DNA of 64,000 nucleotides from a virus (lineage: Duplodnaviria; Caudoviricetes). Below, piece after piece: positions 24,844 to 33,974 of the stretch. The first letter of the stretch is position 1. Each line of letters begins with the position of its first letter. A program made the translations under genes and the position numbers. The stretch is taken from IMG/VR virus record IMGVR_UViG_2918748958_000001, positions 3,083-67,082 of that record, one strand, 5' to 3'. The notes below the pieces were generated by a model. The model did no database searches, was not told the origin of the DNA, and worked only from the letters and a program-made list of their open reading frames with translations.

Positions 24844-26631
24844 TCAAATCTTCCGTTTCAAGTCAGCCACACGGAATTGCACCGTGTCGATTGCGAAGTC
24901 CGCGCCGTCCTCATTGAAGAGTTCGAGCGTCAGGTAGTTGCCCTGCAGGCCACGGCCGAGTTCAACACGCTGCTGCTTCAGGTCGGAGCCGAATCCGCGC
25001 GTCTTGTAGAGGTAGGACTTCCCCTCGGCCGTGATCTTCACGACCAGCCGCCCGTCGCCGGACATGCCGACGTAGCACTCGCTGATCGTCTTCATGCGGG
25101 GCGTGCCGAAGTCCAGTTGGCCAAGGCTGATGGAAGCCTGGATCGGCATGCCCGCATCTGTGGCGCCGGCCAACTCGAACAGCCCTTCGTCATTGGCACC
25201 GAAGTAGCGGCCGCCGATCCGCGCGAAGGAGTTGAAGTCGTAGTTCGAATAGGTCGTGCTGGCGTTGTTGTCCAGATTCACCACCCACACCTCGCGACCG
25301 CTGCCCAGCACGTCAAGGTCATCGCCGGCGCGCGCCGAGCTGCGCATCACTGCCTCGAGCAGCGCGTTCACGGCAATGGTCGAGCCGACGGCCGCCTGCG
25401 ACAACAGCTCCGCCGACAGCTGGGCGCCGGCAACCAAGTCGGCCCAGAGGATGGCACCCTCGCGCATCTCCACCACCAGCAGGCTCACGGTCGAAAGCGC
25501 CGTGGAGGCAAACGCAAGCCCGCTCATTGACGCCAGGAAATTCCCCTCCTGGGCGCTCAGCAAGGCGGTCAGCGGGGGCAGCGACGCATTCAGCTCGCCG
25601 TAAGGATGGTCGGCAGCGAGCATCTGCAGCGGCTCGAGTTCGGCATTGATCGCGCCAACCTCGCCTGTCAGGCCATCGGCCAACAACGAGAGGGCCGGCA
25701 ATACGAAATTGCCAACAGCATAGGAAGGCGTGACGAGGCCCGCTTCGGCGTTCATCTTCAGGAGCGGCAGAGATGCGCTCAGCTCGGCGTGCATACCCTC
25801 GGAAGCGAACATGGTGAGCGGTTCGAGCGACGCATTGATGCTGCCGGTGCCGGGGGTCAGATCAGGAGGGCTCACCTGCACGAGCTTCGGGTCGAACACT
25901 TCGTCGTTGCCCGAGTACAGCGACGCTTCGAGCCAGCCCGCGTCGGTCGACACGCCGGACGCGACGCGGAAGACCTCCGCACCGTCCTTGAAGAACACGA
26001 CCTCCGTATCGATCCGCTCGATCTTGAAGACCGTCGCATCGGTGTAGACCCCGACGCCGGTGCCCAGCACCCCGTTCCGAATCACCCGCGCCTGGCCGCG
26101 AGCGCAGTAGAAGGCAAAGTCGATGGTGTTGCCGTTGTAGCCTGCCTCGACGCCATCGTCGAAATTGATGCCGCAGATCACGCCGACAACGCTGGCGCGC
26201 ACTTTGAACTCGACGTAACCGTCGCCCCGGAAAAAGGCGATGGAGCGCGCGCCAGAATTCCAGCCCAGGTTGTAGCCCGTCTCGAGCCTCGGCACCGCCA
26301 CGGCGTAGCCTGGCACATAGGGCTGCGCCGGCGTGCCAGGGTAGGTCACCGGCACGATCTCGTCTTGGCAACTCCACGAGCCTTGCAGACCGCCGTTCAG
26401 GCCGCCTGCGCCGGGTTTGATCGCATCGGGAATGAACGTACCCGTCACCTGCCCTGTCTGCGGATTGGTGCTGAAGACGTAGCGACCTGGCCCGCTGTAG
26501 CGGAGCATGCAGACGTTACGCCGCTCGTTGACAGTGCGCGGCGGCACGGCGGGCCGGAACGGAATCGCCGGAACCTGCTCGTAGCCGACCACAGTGTCGA
26601 TAGTCGTGTCTTTCAGCAGCGAATTGGCCAT
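24844..26631 (-). CDS. putative tail/virion structural protein
   Basis: 595 aa; start set at MANSLLKD; beta-rich middle and C-terminal domains. Confidence 0.6.
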   Translation of the reverse strand: MANSLLKDTTIDTVVGYEQVPAIPFRPAVPPRTVNERRNVCMLRYSGPGRYVFSTNPQTGQVTGTFIPDAIKPGAGGLNGGLQGSWSCQDEIVPVTYPGTPAQPYVPGYAVAVPRLETGYNLGWNSGARSIAFFRGDGYVEFKVRASVVGVICGINFDDGVEAGYNGNTIDFAFYCARGQARVIRNGVLGTGVGVYTDATVFKIERIDTEVVFFKDGAEVFRVASGVSTDAGWLEASLYSGNDEVFDPKLVQVSPPDLTPGTGSINASLEPLTMFASEGMHAELSASLPLLKMNAEAGLVTPSYAVGNFVLPALSLLADGLTGEVGAINAELEPLQMLAADHPYGELNASLPPLTALLSAQEGNFLASMSGLAFASTALSTVSLLVVEMREGAILWADLVAGAQLSAELLSQAAVGSTIAVNALLEAVMRSSARAGDDLDVLGSGREVWVVNLDNNASTTYSNYDFNSFARIGGRYFGANDEGLFELAGATDAGMPIQASISLGQLDFGTPRMKTISECYVGMSGDGRLVVKITAEGKSYLYKTRGFGSDLKQQRVELGRGLQGNYLTLELFNEDGADFAIDTVQFRVADLKRKI

Positions 26632-26633
26632 GG

Positions 26634-28169
26634 TCAGATCGGTGAAGGGTCGGGGACGCGCGAGTCGGTCAGCCACGGGGTTGCCGGGTACGCGGGAACG
26701 GGCACGTTGTCCTTGCGCAGGAACGTGATGATGTTGAAGGACTTCAGCGAATACTCCTCCTGGTCAGGAAGCGGCGCATCGTTTGGCGGCACGCCGTTCT
26801 TGTGGATGACGCCGCGCTTCGTCCAGCTCACGCCGAAATCCTTGCTTTGGTACACCGAGTGCTCTCCGTCGTACATCGCGCACGTCAGGATCTTCTCGTT
26901 GAGGCCCTGCACCTTGCCCGTCCGGTTCTCCTTAAACGGGAACGTCGCACGCTCCACCAGGTCGGTACCGTTCGGCGTGAAGAAGATGCGGGCCGGGAAA
27001 TTCCACTGAGCGTGATCCGGCACCACGGGGCGGATGAACACCAACACGCCGCCCTTAATCGCCATGACGCCGCGCGAGATGTAGAGCAGCGCGTCCTGCG
27101 GATTGCCGTCGTACAGCGTCTGGGTGCTTGTGATGGAGCACCCGGCAGCGACGTTGATCAGTCCAATCTTCGCCTTGGCGCGCACCACGAAGCCATCCCC
27201 TTGCGGCACGACGTAAGGCACGCAGGCCACGGCCACGGACAGCGAGCGCGACAGCGGCGCCGCCAGGATTTCGGCATAGCCGATGGCGCTATTGAAGGAG
27301 TCGGCTTTGTCGATGTCCGGCGGGATCCCGATGATCGTGTCCATCTCTTCGGCGAACATCTCGACGGAAGAGCACGAGGCCCAAGTCAGGCCGGCGTCCG
27401 TGCTGTAGTTGAAGTCGAGACCAGGACTCGCGCCCGCGGCCACGCCGCTGCCCGAGTAGTGCGGCCGCAGATACCGGTCCATCTTCAGGAACACGCCAGG
27501 TGCGAGCACCAGCGTGCTGGCGTACCAGCCGAGTTGGTTGGGGAAATACGGCGTCGCGCCGAACTCCTGCCCTACCCCGTTGTCGTAGATGTAGGCCTGA
27601 ACGTGCTGGCCGCCGTCCAGCAGCATCGGCAGGCTCACGCCGCTGTAGAACTCGTGCCCGCCAGCCACCGGCCGGTAGCCGCCCAGCGTGTAGGTGATCG
27701 TGTAGGGGAACCCGCCAAAGGGCCCGAACGAAGGCAGCGTGTAGTAGTCCTTCAAGGTCCGGCCGTTGCGCGTGAGCTGCAGCGCCGATTCGTTCATCGG
27801 GCAGTCTTTGCCGTCGAAATCCAGGAAGTACCCGAAGAACGTGTTCTTAACGACGCTGCCGATGCCCCTGCCGTAGTAAGCCAGCTGGGCAGTGTCGAAG
27901 CCGCCGCTGGTCGGCGCCGGGCCGCGGTCCGAAAATGTTCTGCAATCCGCGGAGCCGACGATCCGAGAGCCGTTCCCGATCACCTCGCCGATCGCGTAGA
28001 AGCCATCAAACTTGACCGGTCCCTGCAAGATGTTGGTGAACTCGCCGCCCTGACGCACGATCACGTCGCCGCGCCGGCGCGTGCGGAAGCCTTCCTGGCC
28101 GTCCTGCAGCCAGTTGGCAGCCTGCCGGCCGATCGACGTGGGCCCGTTGCGGAACTTCCCGTAGACCAT
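26634..28169 (-). CDS. putative tail spike/receptor-binding protein with Asp-box repeats
   Basis: YSTDAGLTW and SKDFGVSW are BNR/Asp-box-like, suggesting a beta-propeller. Confidence 0.6.
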   Translation of the reverse strand: MVYGKFRNGPTSIGRQAANWLQDGQEGFRTRRRGDVIVRQGGEFTNILQGPVKFDGFYAIGEVIGNGSRIVGSADCRTFSDRGPAPTSGGFDTAQLAYYGRGIGSVVKNTFFGYFLDFDGKDCPMNESALQLTRNGRTLKDYYTLPSFGPFGGFPYTITYTLGGYRPVAGGHEFYSGVSLPMLLDGGQHVQAYIYDNGVGQEFGATPYFPNQLGWYASTLVLAPGVFLKMDRYLRPHYSGSGVAAGASPGLDFNYSTDAGLTWASCSSVEMFAEEMDTIIGIPPDIDKADSFNSAIGYAEILAAPLSRSLSVAVACVPYVVPQGDGFVVRAKAKIGLINVAAGCSITSTQTLYDGNPQDALLYISRGVMAIKGGVLVFIRPVVPDHAQWNFPARIFFTPNGTDLVERATFPFKENRTGKVQGLNEKILTCAMYDGEHSVYQSKDFGVSWTKRGVIHKNGVPPNDAPLPDQEEYSLKSFNIITFLRKDNVPVPAYPATPWLTDSRVPDPSPI

Positions 28170-29113
28170 CAGGGCGCCTCGCTGATGTCCAACTGCAAGC
28201 CCGTGTTCAGCGTGCCCCCGCTGACCAGCCCCCAGTTGCCCGACGAACCACCCTCGAAGGTCGCAATGGCAAGCCAGTAGATACCGGGCGTCACCGCAAA
28301 GTCGAACTGCGCTAGATAGTTTGCGTTGTCGGGGTCGATGTCCTCGTTGGAAGCGAGCACCGCACCCGTACTGTTGTAGAGCGCCAGATAGGGGTCGGCG
28401 CTCGCGTTCGGCGAGTTCAGAGTGGTGAAGCGCTGCGTCGAAGCCGTGTCGACAATGACCTTGTACCAGAGGAAGTTGGTGCCAGTGGGCACGGCTGCGC
28501 TGTAGGGCAGCGTGATTTCGGTGAAGGCAGTCGGCTCGCCGCCGACAGGATCAGGAGGACCGTCGCTCGCTTCGCCGACCTCGTGCGTGCCGAGAAATGC
28601 GGTCCAGAACGGCGGTGTGAGGTTTTGCGTGGTGCCATCGATGTCGATGTACTCGAGGAAGCAGACGGGCAATCCGCCGCCGCCCGCCTGGAATGCGAAC
28701 GTGGCCCACGCGCCGGAAACGAGGTCGCCCATACCGTCCAAGGGCGTGGGCAGAAAGAACTCCACGCCGTCGCGGAACATCTTGACTTCGGTCAGGCTCC
28801 ATTCGAATCGCAGGATCGTAAAGTCGACCGAGGACATTGGCGCGCCCGTGTCCACCTTGTTTTCCGCGTCGGTGTGGTTGTTATCCATTCCGACGATGTA
28901 GCCATCGTTGGTGATGGTGATGCCCGGCCCATCGCGGTCGAACGCCGGATCGGTGCCCACCGTGCTGACGCCGATGGCAAAGATCGGCTTTGCGGGCTCG
29001 CCAGGAAACTGCCATGCAGCGTCCAAGCGGATGGCGACTTCGATGCCGACCGAGCCGAAGATCGGCAATGCGATGAAGTTGCTGAGGCCGCCATTGATCA
29101 GTGGGTTCTGCAT
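28169..29113 (-). CDS. virion protein, lectin-like plus PPC/DVUA0089-like domain; may be the 3' half of a split gene
   Basis: ADPYLALYNSTGAVLASNED...TPGIYWLAI; in frame with the upstream ORF; no evident RBS. Confidence 0.55.
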   Translation of the reverse strand: MQNPLINGGLSNFIALPIFGSVGIEVAIRLDAAWQFPGEPAKPIFAIGVSTVGTDPAFDRDGPGITITNDGYIVGMDNNHTDAENKVDTGAPMSSVDFTILRFEWSLTEVKMFRDGVEFFLPTPLDGMGDLVSGAWATFAFQAGGGGLPVCFLEYIDIDGTTQNLTPPFWTAFLGTHEVGEASDGPPDPVGGEPTAFTEITLPYSAAVPTGTNFLWYKVIVDTASTQRFTTLNSPNASADPYLALYNSTGAVLASNEDIDPDNANYLAQFDFAVTPGIYWLAIATFEGGSSGNWGLVSGGTLNTGLQLDISEAP

Positions 29114-29116
29114 GGC

Positions 29117-29968
29117 TTAGAAAGCGAATTGCTTGCAGCGGCAAAAGCCACCGCCGTTGATCAACATGCCGCCGCTATCCGCGTCCTCGATGCCGCCGGG
29201 GTCTAGATTGCTGGCGCCGTCCTCGCTCCATGAGGCAGTAGTGCCTTCGACGATGTTCGGCACGCGCCCGAGGATGCCCGACTCTTCACCGAGGAAGTCG
29301 TCGCGAATATGAAAGGTGCCACCGGGCGTCGGCGGCGGCGGCGCGATGTCCTCGATGGCGGTGACCTTGATGCTGGTCGTGCCGCAATTCGAGAAGCCGA
29401 TATTGACCGCCAGCGTGCCGATGTTCAGATTGGTGGTGCGCGTGGTCGACGCCTTGAGCACGCCATTCCAGTAGTAGTCCTGCCGAAGCGTCCCAACATC
29501 CACGCGCAGCGCGTAGTAGGTGTCGGTCGCCATGTTCGGCTCATCCGCCAACGCCAATGACGTGCTACCGCCCTCGTCCCATAGGTAAATGCGCGGCAAT
29601 CCGCCCAGCGTGCCATCAAAGCTGGCTCGGCCTTCCAGCACGCTCTCTCCTGAGTCCGAATAGGTACTCATGGAGACGCCACCCCAGGAGTTGGTGGGCG
29701 CGATGGGCGCGCCCGCAACGATTCGGGCACTGATTTCGATGCGATACCCAGGCATCTCGATGGGCGGGCCTGCTGCCACGCCGCGATGGTCGTTGATGCC
29801 GGAATTCCAGGGCTGAGTTCCGATGACGTCGCCGCCCAAGATGACGCCGTTCGTGCACAGCGAATAGACGAGGCCACCAAAACCCTCGTCCGGCGCGCGA
29901 CCGTTCGCCCACGCACCCGAGGTGAACTCGTCGCGGATGATGACGGTGCCAACAGGTACGGCGGCCAT
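29117..29968 (-). CDS. virion protein, ConA/lectin-like; may be the 5' half of a split gene
   Basis: IRDEF..GRAP repeated as IRDDF..GRVP near the C-terminus and then cut by TAA. Confidence 0.55.
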   Translation of the reverse strand: MAAVPVGTVIIRDEFTSGAWANGRAPDEGFGGLVYSLCTNGVILGGDVIGTQPWNSGINDHRGVAAGPPIEMPGYRIEISARIVAGAPIAPTNSWGGVSMSTYSDSGESVLEGRASFDGTLGGLPRIYLWDEGGSTSLALADEPNMATDTYYALRVDVGTLRQDYYWNGVLKASTTRTTNLNIGTLAVNIGFSNCGTTSIKVTAIEDIAPPPPTPGGTFHIRDDFLGEESGILGRVPNIVEGTTASWSEDGASNLDPGGIEDADSGGMLINGGGFCRCKQFAF

Positions 29969-29970
29969 GC

Positions 29971-30414
29971 TCAGAACGTCGGCAGCGTGATGTTGCTGGC
30001 GTCGATGGTCTGCGGCGCGCCGGCGGTGAGATTGACGCTGCTCATGTTCAGATCGGCGCCCGCTGTGCCGCAGGTGCCCTGCAGTCGCTTCTGCGTGGTG
30101 CTCGCAGCGCCGTCGTCCGGCAGCGCCGAATCGACGATGCGGAAATGCGTGGCGGTGCCGCTCGCAACGTTTGTGCCGCTCCAGACCTGGGCGGCAGCCT
30201 TGGGGAGCGTGCCGCCGACCGCCGGATCGAAGCCGAGCGGGTCGCCGGTGCTGTTCTGGCTGATGATGGTCAGCAGCGTACCGGTCACAGCTGCATCGGC
30301 CGTGGCCGGCACAGCGCCGCCGTAGAGCATGATGACCGGGCTGCCCAGGCTCGCTACGAGCGAGCCAGTACTGAGCAGCGCATTGCGCAGACCCGTGGAG
30401 ACTTTGAGCGTCAT
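29971..30414 (-). CDS. virion structural protein
   Basis: 147 aa, beta-rich (STGLRNALL...GTATHFRI); position in the tail cluster. Confidence 0.7.
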   Translation of the reverse strand: MTLKVSTGLRNALLSTGSLVASLGSPVIMLYGGAVPATADAAVTGTLLTIISQNSTGDPLGFDPAVGGTLPKAAAQVWSGTNVASGTATHFRIVDSALPDDGAASTTQKRLQGTCGTAGADLNMSSVNLTAGAPQTIDASNITLPTF

Positions 30415-30423
30415 GTTGATTCC

Positions 30424-30924
30424 TTATGCGGAGACGAGAGAGTTGGCGGCGACGACGACCAGCACGTCGCCGATGGCGAGCACCTTGGGCGACGTGAAGC
30501 GAACGGCGCTGACCAGGACACCCGTGGTCGCGCCCTTGGGTGACGCGGAGGCGATGAAGCCGCCGTAAACGGTCTTGGCCGCCGTCATGGCGAACTCGGC
30601 CTTGCTGGCGCTGTTATCGACGGAGCCGTTGACAACGGCGCCCGGAACGAACGCGACTCGCTGCGCTGAGCCATAGGCCGTGCACTCGGACGCGAGCGCG
30701 GCGATGGTGGCTGCCTTCACATCTTCCGTCGGGGTGTAGTTGCCCTCGAACAGGCCGATGTACCAGGTGGCGACCTGCAGGCCCGACTTGAACACCACGG
30801 AGGAGAAGTGGTTCAGCCCCTCCACCGGCGTCAGGTTCTTGACCCGCTCACGCTGCACGAGCGTGCCGTCAGGCTTCCGGACGGCGACCTTATAGATGAA
30901 TCCGTGCGCTGCGTTGCTGTTCAT
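30424..30924 (-). CDS. virion structural protein
   Basis: 166 aa; KNLTPVEGLN motif; position in the tail cluster. Confidence 0.7.
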   Translation of the reverse strand: MNSNAAHGFIYKVAVRKPDGTLVQRERVKNLTPVEGLNHFSSVVFKSGLQVATWYIGLFEGNYTPTEDVKAATIAALASECTAYGSAQRVAFVPGAVVNGSVDNSASKAEFAMTAAKTVYGGFIASASPKGATTGVLVSAVRFTSPKVLAIGDVLVVVAANSLVSA

Positions 30925-32150
30925 GGCTTGGTTCCTTTCCGAACGATCTCCGCGTCCATGAAACTGCGAGACACCGCGACTGAAGCCTCGGCGCCCACCC
31001 GCGTGGAGACGATGTGTTGCATCCCGTCCTGGGAGCGAAAGAGAGAGGCCCCGCTGACCGCAGGCCCGAATGCGAGAGCAGCTTCCTGCAAGTTCTGCAC
31101 GCCGCCGACCATGTCAGCCATCACCAGTCCGCGTGGCGACTGCCAATAGGCCGCCTTGCCGGCCGGCGAGCGCACGCTGGTGCCGGCCAGGCCGCCGTAG
31201 GGCAGCAGGTCCTGCAGCTTCGAGCCGTTGAAGTCCGGCAGCCAGTACGTCTTGTCCGCACAGAGATAGACGCCGTTGTCGCAAGGCTCGACCACAGTGA
31301 TTTCGGCCGGTAGCGGGATGTACCCGCGCGCCGGCTCGTAGAGGCCATAGCGGTACGGCTGCGAGAAGAAGAGGAGCGACCCAGCGGCAACGAGCATTCG
31401 CCCGTTGAAATGCCGCACGATGGTTCCCGCGGGCATCGGTGCGGTTTCAAGGGTGTCGCAGCGCCGCAGGGTCTCGAGCGGCGCGACGATGCCGAAGCGG
31501 CCGTCGGTGGCGGTCTGGGCGAGACCCAAAACCTCACCGTTCGGCCCCGACAAGTACAGATTCACCACCAGGCCATCGAGCGTGGCGTCGCTGAGCTCCA
31601 GGCCCCCCTCTTCCGGCACCTCGATCTGCTGCACGACTGTCGCAGCAGACTCGCCGTCATCGCCCTGCACCGTGAAGGCATAGAGATAGCGCCCCGCCCG
31701 CAGTGCGCCCGAGGCAAGCCCGAGCACCGGCGCGCTGGGCAGTGCGGGCGTCGCGATGGCGCGGTCTGCCCCGCCTACCACGCGCCGGATCTCGGCACCG
31801 TTGGTCCAGTAGACCGCGCCGTCTGCCCCTAGGGAGTAGGAGACCGTGGCGCGCGGCATCGCAGGACGCACGGCCGTCTTCAGCAGCCCTGCGCCTGCCG
31901 GGTCAAGCCGCGTGAGCACACCGTCGATGACCGCGAAGCCGTACTCGCCATCATGATCCCAGGCCGAGTGCGTCGCCTCGTCCAGGACGCGCGTAGCGCC
32001 TGCCCGCCGTTTCACAAAGCCCTGCGCATCGATGTCCACGTTGTCAGCCGCATAGAGGAAGGTCGCGCCTTCCCCGCCGGCAGCCAAGCGCGTCGGTTCA
32101 CGCCGGTTGTTGATGCCGAGCGCGAGGGAGTTGAACTTGACATCACGCAT
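30921..32150 (-). CDS. tail nozzle / DNA-stabilisation protein (P22 gp10-like)
   Basis: N-terminal GINN...ADNVDIDAQGFVKRRAG; directly follows the adaptor gene. Confidence 0.65.
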   Translation of the reverse strand: MRDVKFNSLALGINNRREPTRLAAGGEGATFLYAADNVDIDAQGFVKRRAGATRVLDEATHSAWDHDGEYGFAVIDGVLTRLDPAGAGLLKTAVRPAMPRATVSYSLGADGAVYWTNGAEIRRVVGGADRAIATPALPSAPVLGLASGALRAGRYLYAFTVQGDDGESAATVVQQIEVPEEGGLELSDATLDGLVVNLYLSGPNGEVLGLAQTATDGRFGIVAPLETLRRCDTLETAPMPAGTIVRHFNGRMLVAAGSLLFFSQPYRYGLYEPARGYIPLPAEITVVEPCDNGVYLCADKTYWLPDFNGSKLQDLLPYGGLAGTSVRSPAGKAAYWQSPRGLVMADMVGGVQNLQEAALAFGPAVSGASLFRSQDGMQHIVSTRVGAEASVAVSRSFMDAEIVRKGTKP

Positions 32151-32152
32151 AG

Positions 32153-32821
32153 TCAGAACGGATACACCGTGGTCTGGTGGTCCTGGTCGTGCCGCGTTGT
32201 GCGGCGCATGTCGCTGTCAGGCGGGAGGCCGAAGTACGCCGTAAAGGTTGCCTCGGCATTGCCGGCGCGCTTCGGATCGAAGGCGTCGGCGTCGGGCACG
32301 CTGAAGGCGCGGTGAAGCGCCCAGTCCACCAGGTGTCGGTGATGGCCCTTGTGGATCTCGGGTTCGTCGCTGTCTTGTGCCAGCTCGGCCATTGGCAGCC
32401 GGTAGCCTTCCAGTCGCAGCACGCCGGCCACCTCTGGCTTCGGCGCCAGACGCAGTCCCGTGTCGTCCTGCACGGCGTGCTCGACGCGGCCCGCGGTCGT
32501 GCGCCAGCCCGGCATTGAACGATCCAGCTCGCCGGCCGACTTAAGCGTGATCTGCTGGGGCTGCTCGCCGTTGGCAGGCTCGAAAACCAGATAGTCGATT
32601 TCGTACAAGGCCTCATGCAGCGGATAAACGGCGACGCCCGCCTGCACGGCGATGACGCAAACCGCTGGGTTGGCGCTCTCGTGCAGCAGGCGACCGCGCA
32701 CGACGGCCTCTTTCTGAGCTTCGTTCAGCCACGCAATGACATCCTCTGCGTCGAAGAGGTGCGGTTCGGTGCGATCCTTCGCATCGACCCGGAACGCGGC
32801 GATCAGCGCTTCCAGGTTCAT
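32153..32821 (-). CDS. head-tail adaptor protein
   Basis: MNLEALIAAFRVDAKD...WLNEAQKEA and HRHLVDWALHRAF; position after the head genes. Confidence 0.7.
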   Translation of the reverse strand: MNLEALIAAFRVDAKDRTEPHLFDAEDVIAWLNEAQKEAVVRGRLLHESANPAVCVIAVQAGVAVYPLHEALYEIDYLVFEPANGEQPQQITLKSAGELDRSMPGWRTTAGRVEHAVQDDTGLRLAPKPEVAGVLRLEGYRLPMAELAQDSDEPEIHKGHHRHLVDWALHRAFSVPDADAFDPKRAGNAEATFTAYFGLPPDSDMRRTTRHDQDHQTTVYPF

Positions 32822-33381
32822 GGCACTCCGTATTGGTCGATCATTTCGACGATGCGGGCGCGCATGTTCTCGACCGAGAGGTTCTTGGGCACCTTCTGGC
32901 TGAACTTGGTGACGCCAAAATCTTGCAGCGCGTCCTTATCCATCGAGTCCAAGGTCTGCACGAGGTCGAGTCGGTTCTGCTCCGCGAGCTTCCGGTCGTC
33001 TTCAAGCTTCTTGGCCGCCTCGAGGCGGTCCTGCGTGTCGTCTTCCGGTTGCTGCGTGGACTCGTCCTTGCCCTGCGCCACGTCGCCGGTCGGCGCATCG
33101 CTCGCCTGTCGACTGGCATTACCGTCGCCAGTCGATGCGACCGGCGGCTGCGCAGGCGCCGGCGTCGGCGCCGCTGCAGGAGCAGGCACCGGAACTACCG
33201 GCTCGCGCACCGCCCTCTCGAAGCAGTCGTCGTGCCGCAGAAACTTTGCGACCAGATCCAGATCGGTGATAACGCGCACCTGGCCGGGCACGAACGGAAG
33301 GTTCGAGCCGTAGAGGCGGTCATAGAACGGGTCTTCGCGCCCGATGTACTTCACGGGCACGCCATTCGTGTTGGTGGGCAT
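32818..33381 (-). CDS. hypothetical head-associated protein
   Basis: Start set at MPTNTNGVPVKYIGREDPF; Pro/Ala linker and a helical C-terminal domain. Confidence 0.7.
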   Translation of the reverse strand: MPTNTNGVPVKYIGREDPFYDRLYGSNLPFVPGQVRVITDLDLVAKFLRHDDCFERAVREPVVPVPAPAAAPTPAPAQPPVASTGDGNASRQASDAPTGDVAQGKDESTQQPEDDTQDRLEAAKKLEDDRKLAEQNRLDLVQTLDSMDKDALQDFGVTKFSQKVPKNLSVENMRARIVEMIDQYGVP

Positions 33382-33437
33382 GAGAGGTCCTTGAGTAGAG
33401 GGAACAGGGGAAGGCGATACCGCCCTCCCCGTCGACA

Positions 33438-33917
33438 TCACTTCGCGCCCAGGCGCTCGCCGTGGACGATGAAGTCGATGCGGCTGACCTTGGCGTTGGC
33501 CGCGCCCGCGAGCGTCAGCACCAGGAAGGCTTCCTTCGCTAGCGTCACCGGCGCCTTCGACGAGGCCGTACGCAGGCGAGCGGCGGCATTGAGCACGATG
33601 CCCGCACCGAAGTAATCGAGGTCCTGAGGCACCTCGGCACTGTCCTCGCCGTCGGCATACTCGAAGCCGACGGAGCCGGTCACCGCCGCCGTCATGGCGG
33701 TCGAAACGATCGCTTGCAGGTCTTCGAGGCGGAAACCGGCTGGCAGGCTCTGCAGATACACCTTGTCGCCGATGCCGAGCGGCGTGGTCGCGTTCGCTCG
33801 CACAGCTGCGCCGGTGGCGTCGGTTTCGAGCGTGGCCCGCAGCGTAGTGACGTTGCCGTAGGCGGCCATGCCGCCGAACTGGTTGATTCCCAGTCCCTTG
33901 AGTTTGATGTTGGCCAT
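33438..33917 (-). CDS. putative capsid decoration protein
   Basis: 159 aa, beta-rich, directly after the capsid gene; AAGGAG RBS. Confidence 0.65.
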   Translation of the reverse strand: MANIKLKGLGINQFGGMAAYGNVTTLRATLETDATGAAVRANATTPLGIGDKVYLQSLPAGFRLEDLQAIVSTAMTAAVTGSVGFEYADGEDSAEVPQDLDYFGAGIVLNAAARLRTASSKAPVTLAKEAFLVLTLAGAANAKVSRIDFIVHGERLGAK

Positions 33918-33974
33918 GTGTGGCTCCTTGATGGGATGAAGGGAGAAAGGCCGGGTTGCCCCCGCCCTGGGTCA

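Noticed and set aside
24844-29968. Diversity-generating retroelement targeting the tail genes
   Set aside because: No reverse transcriptase and no template/variable repeat pair seen.
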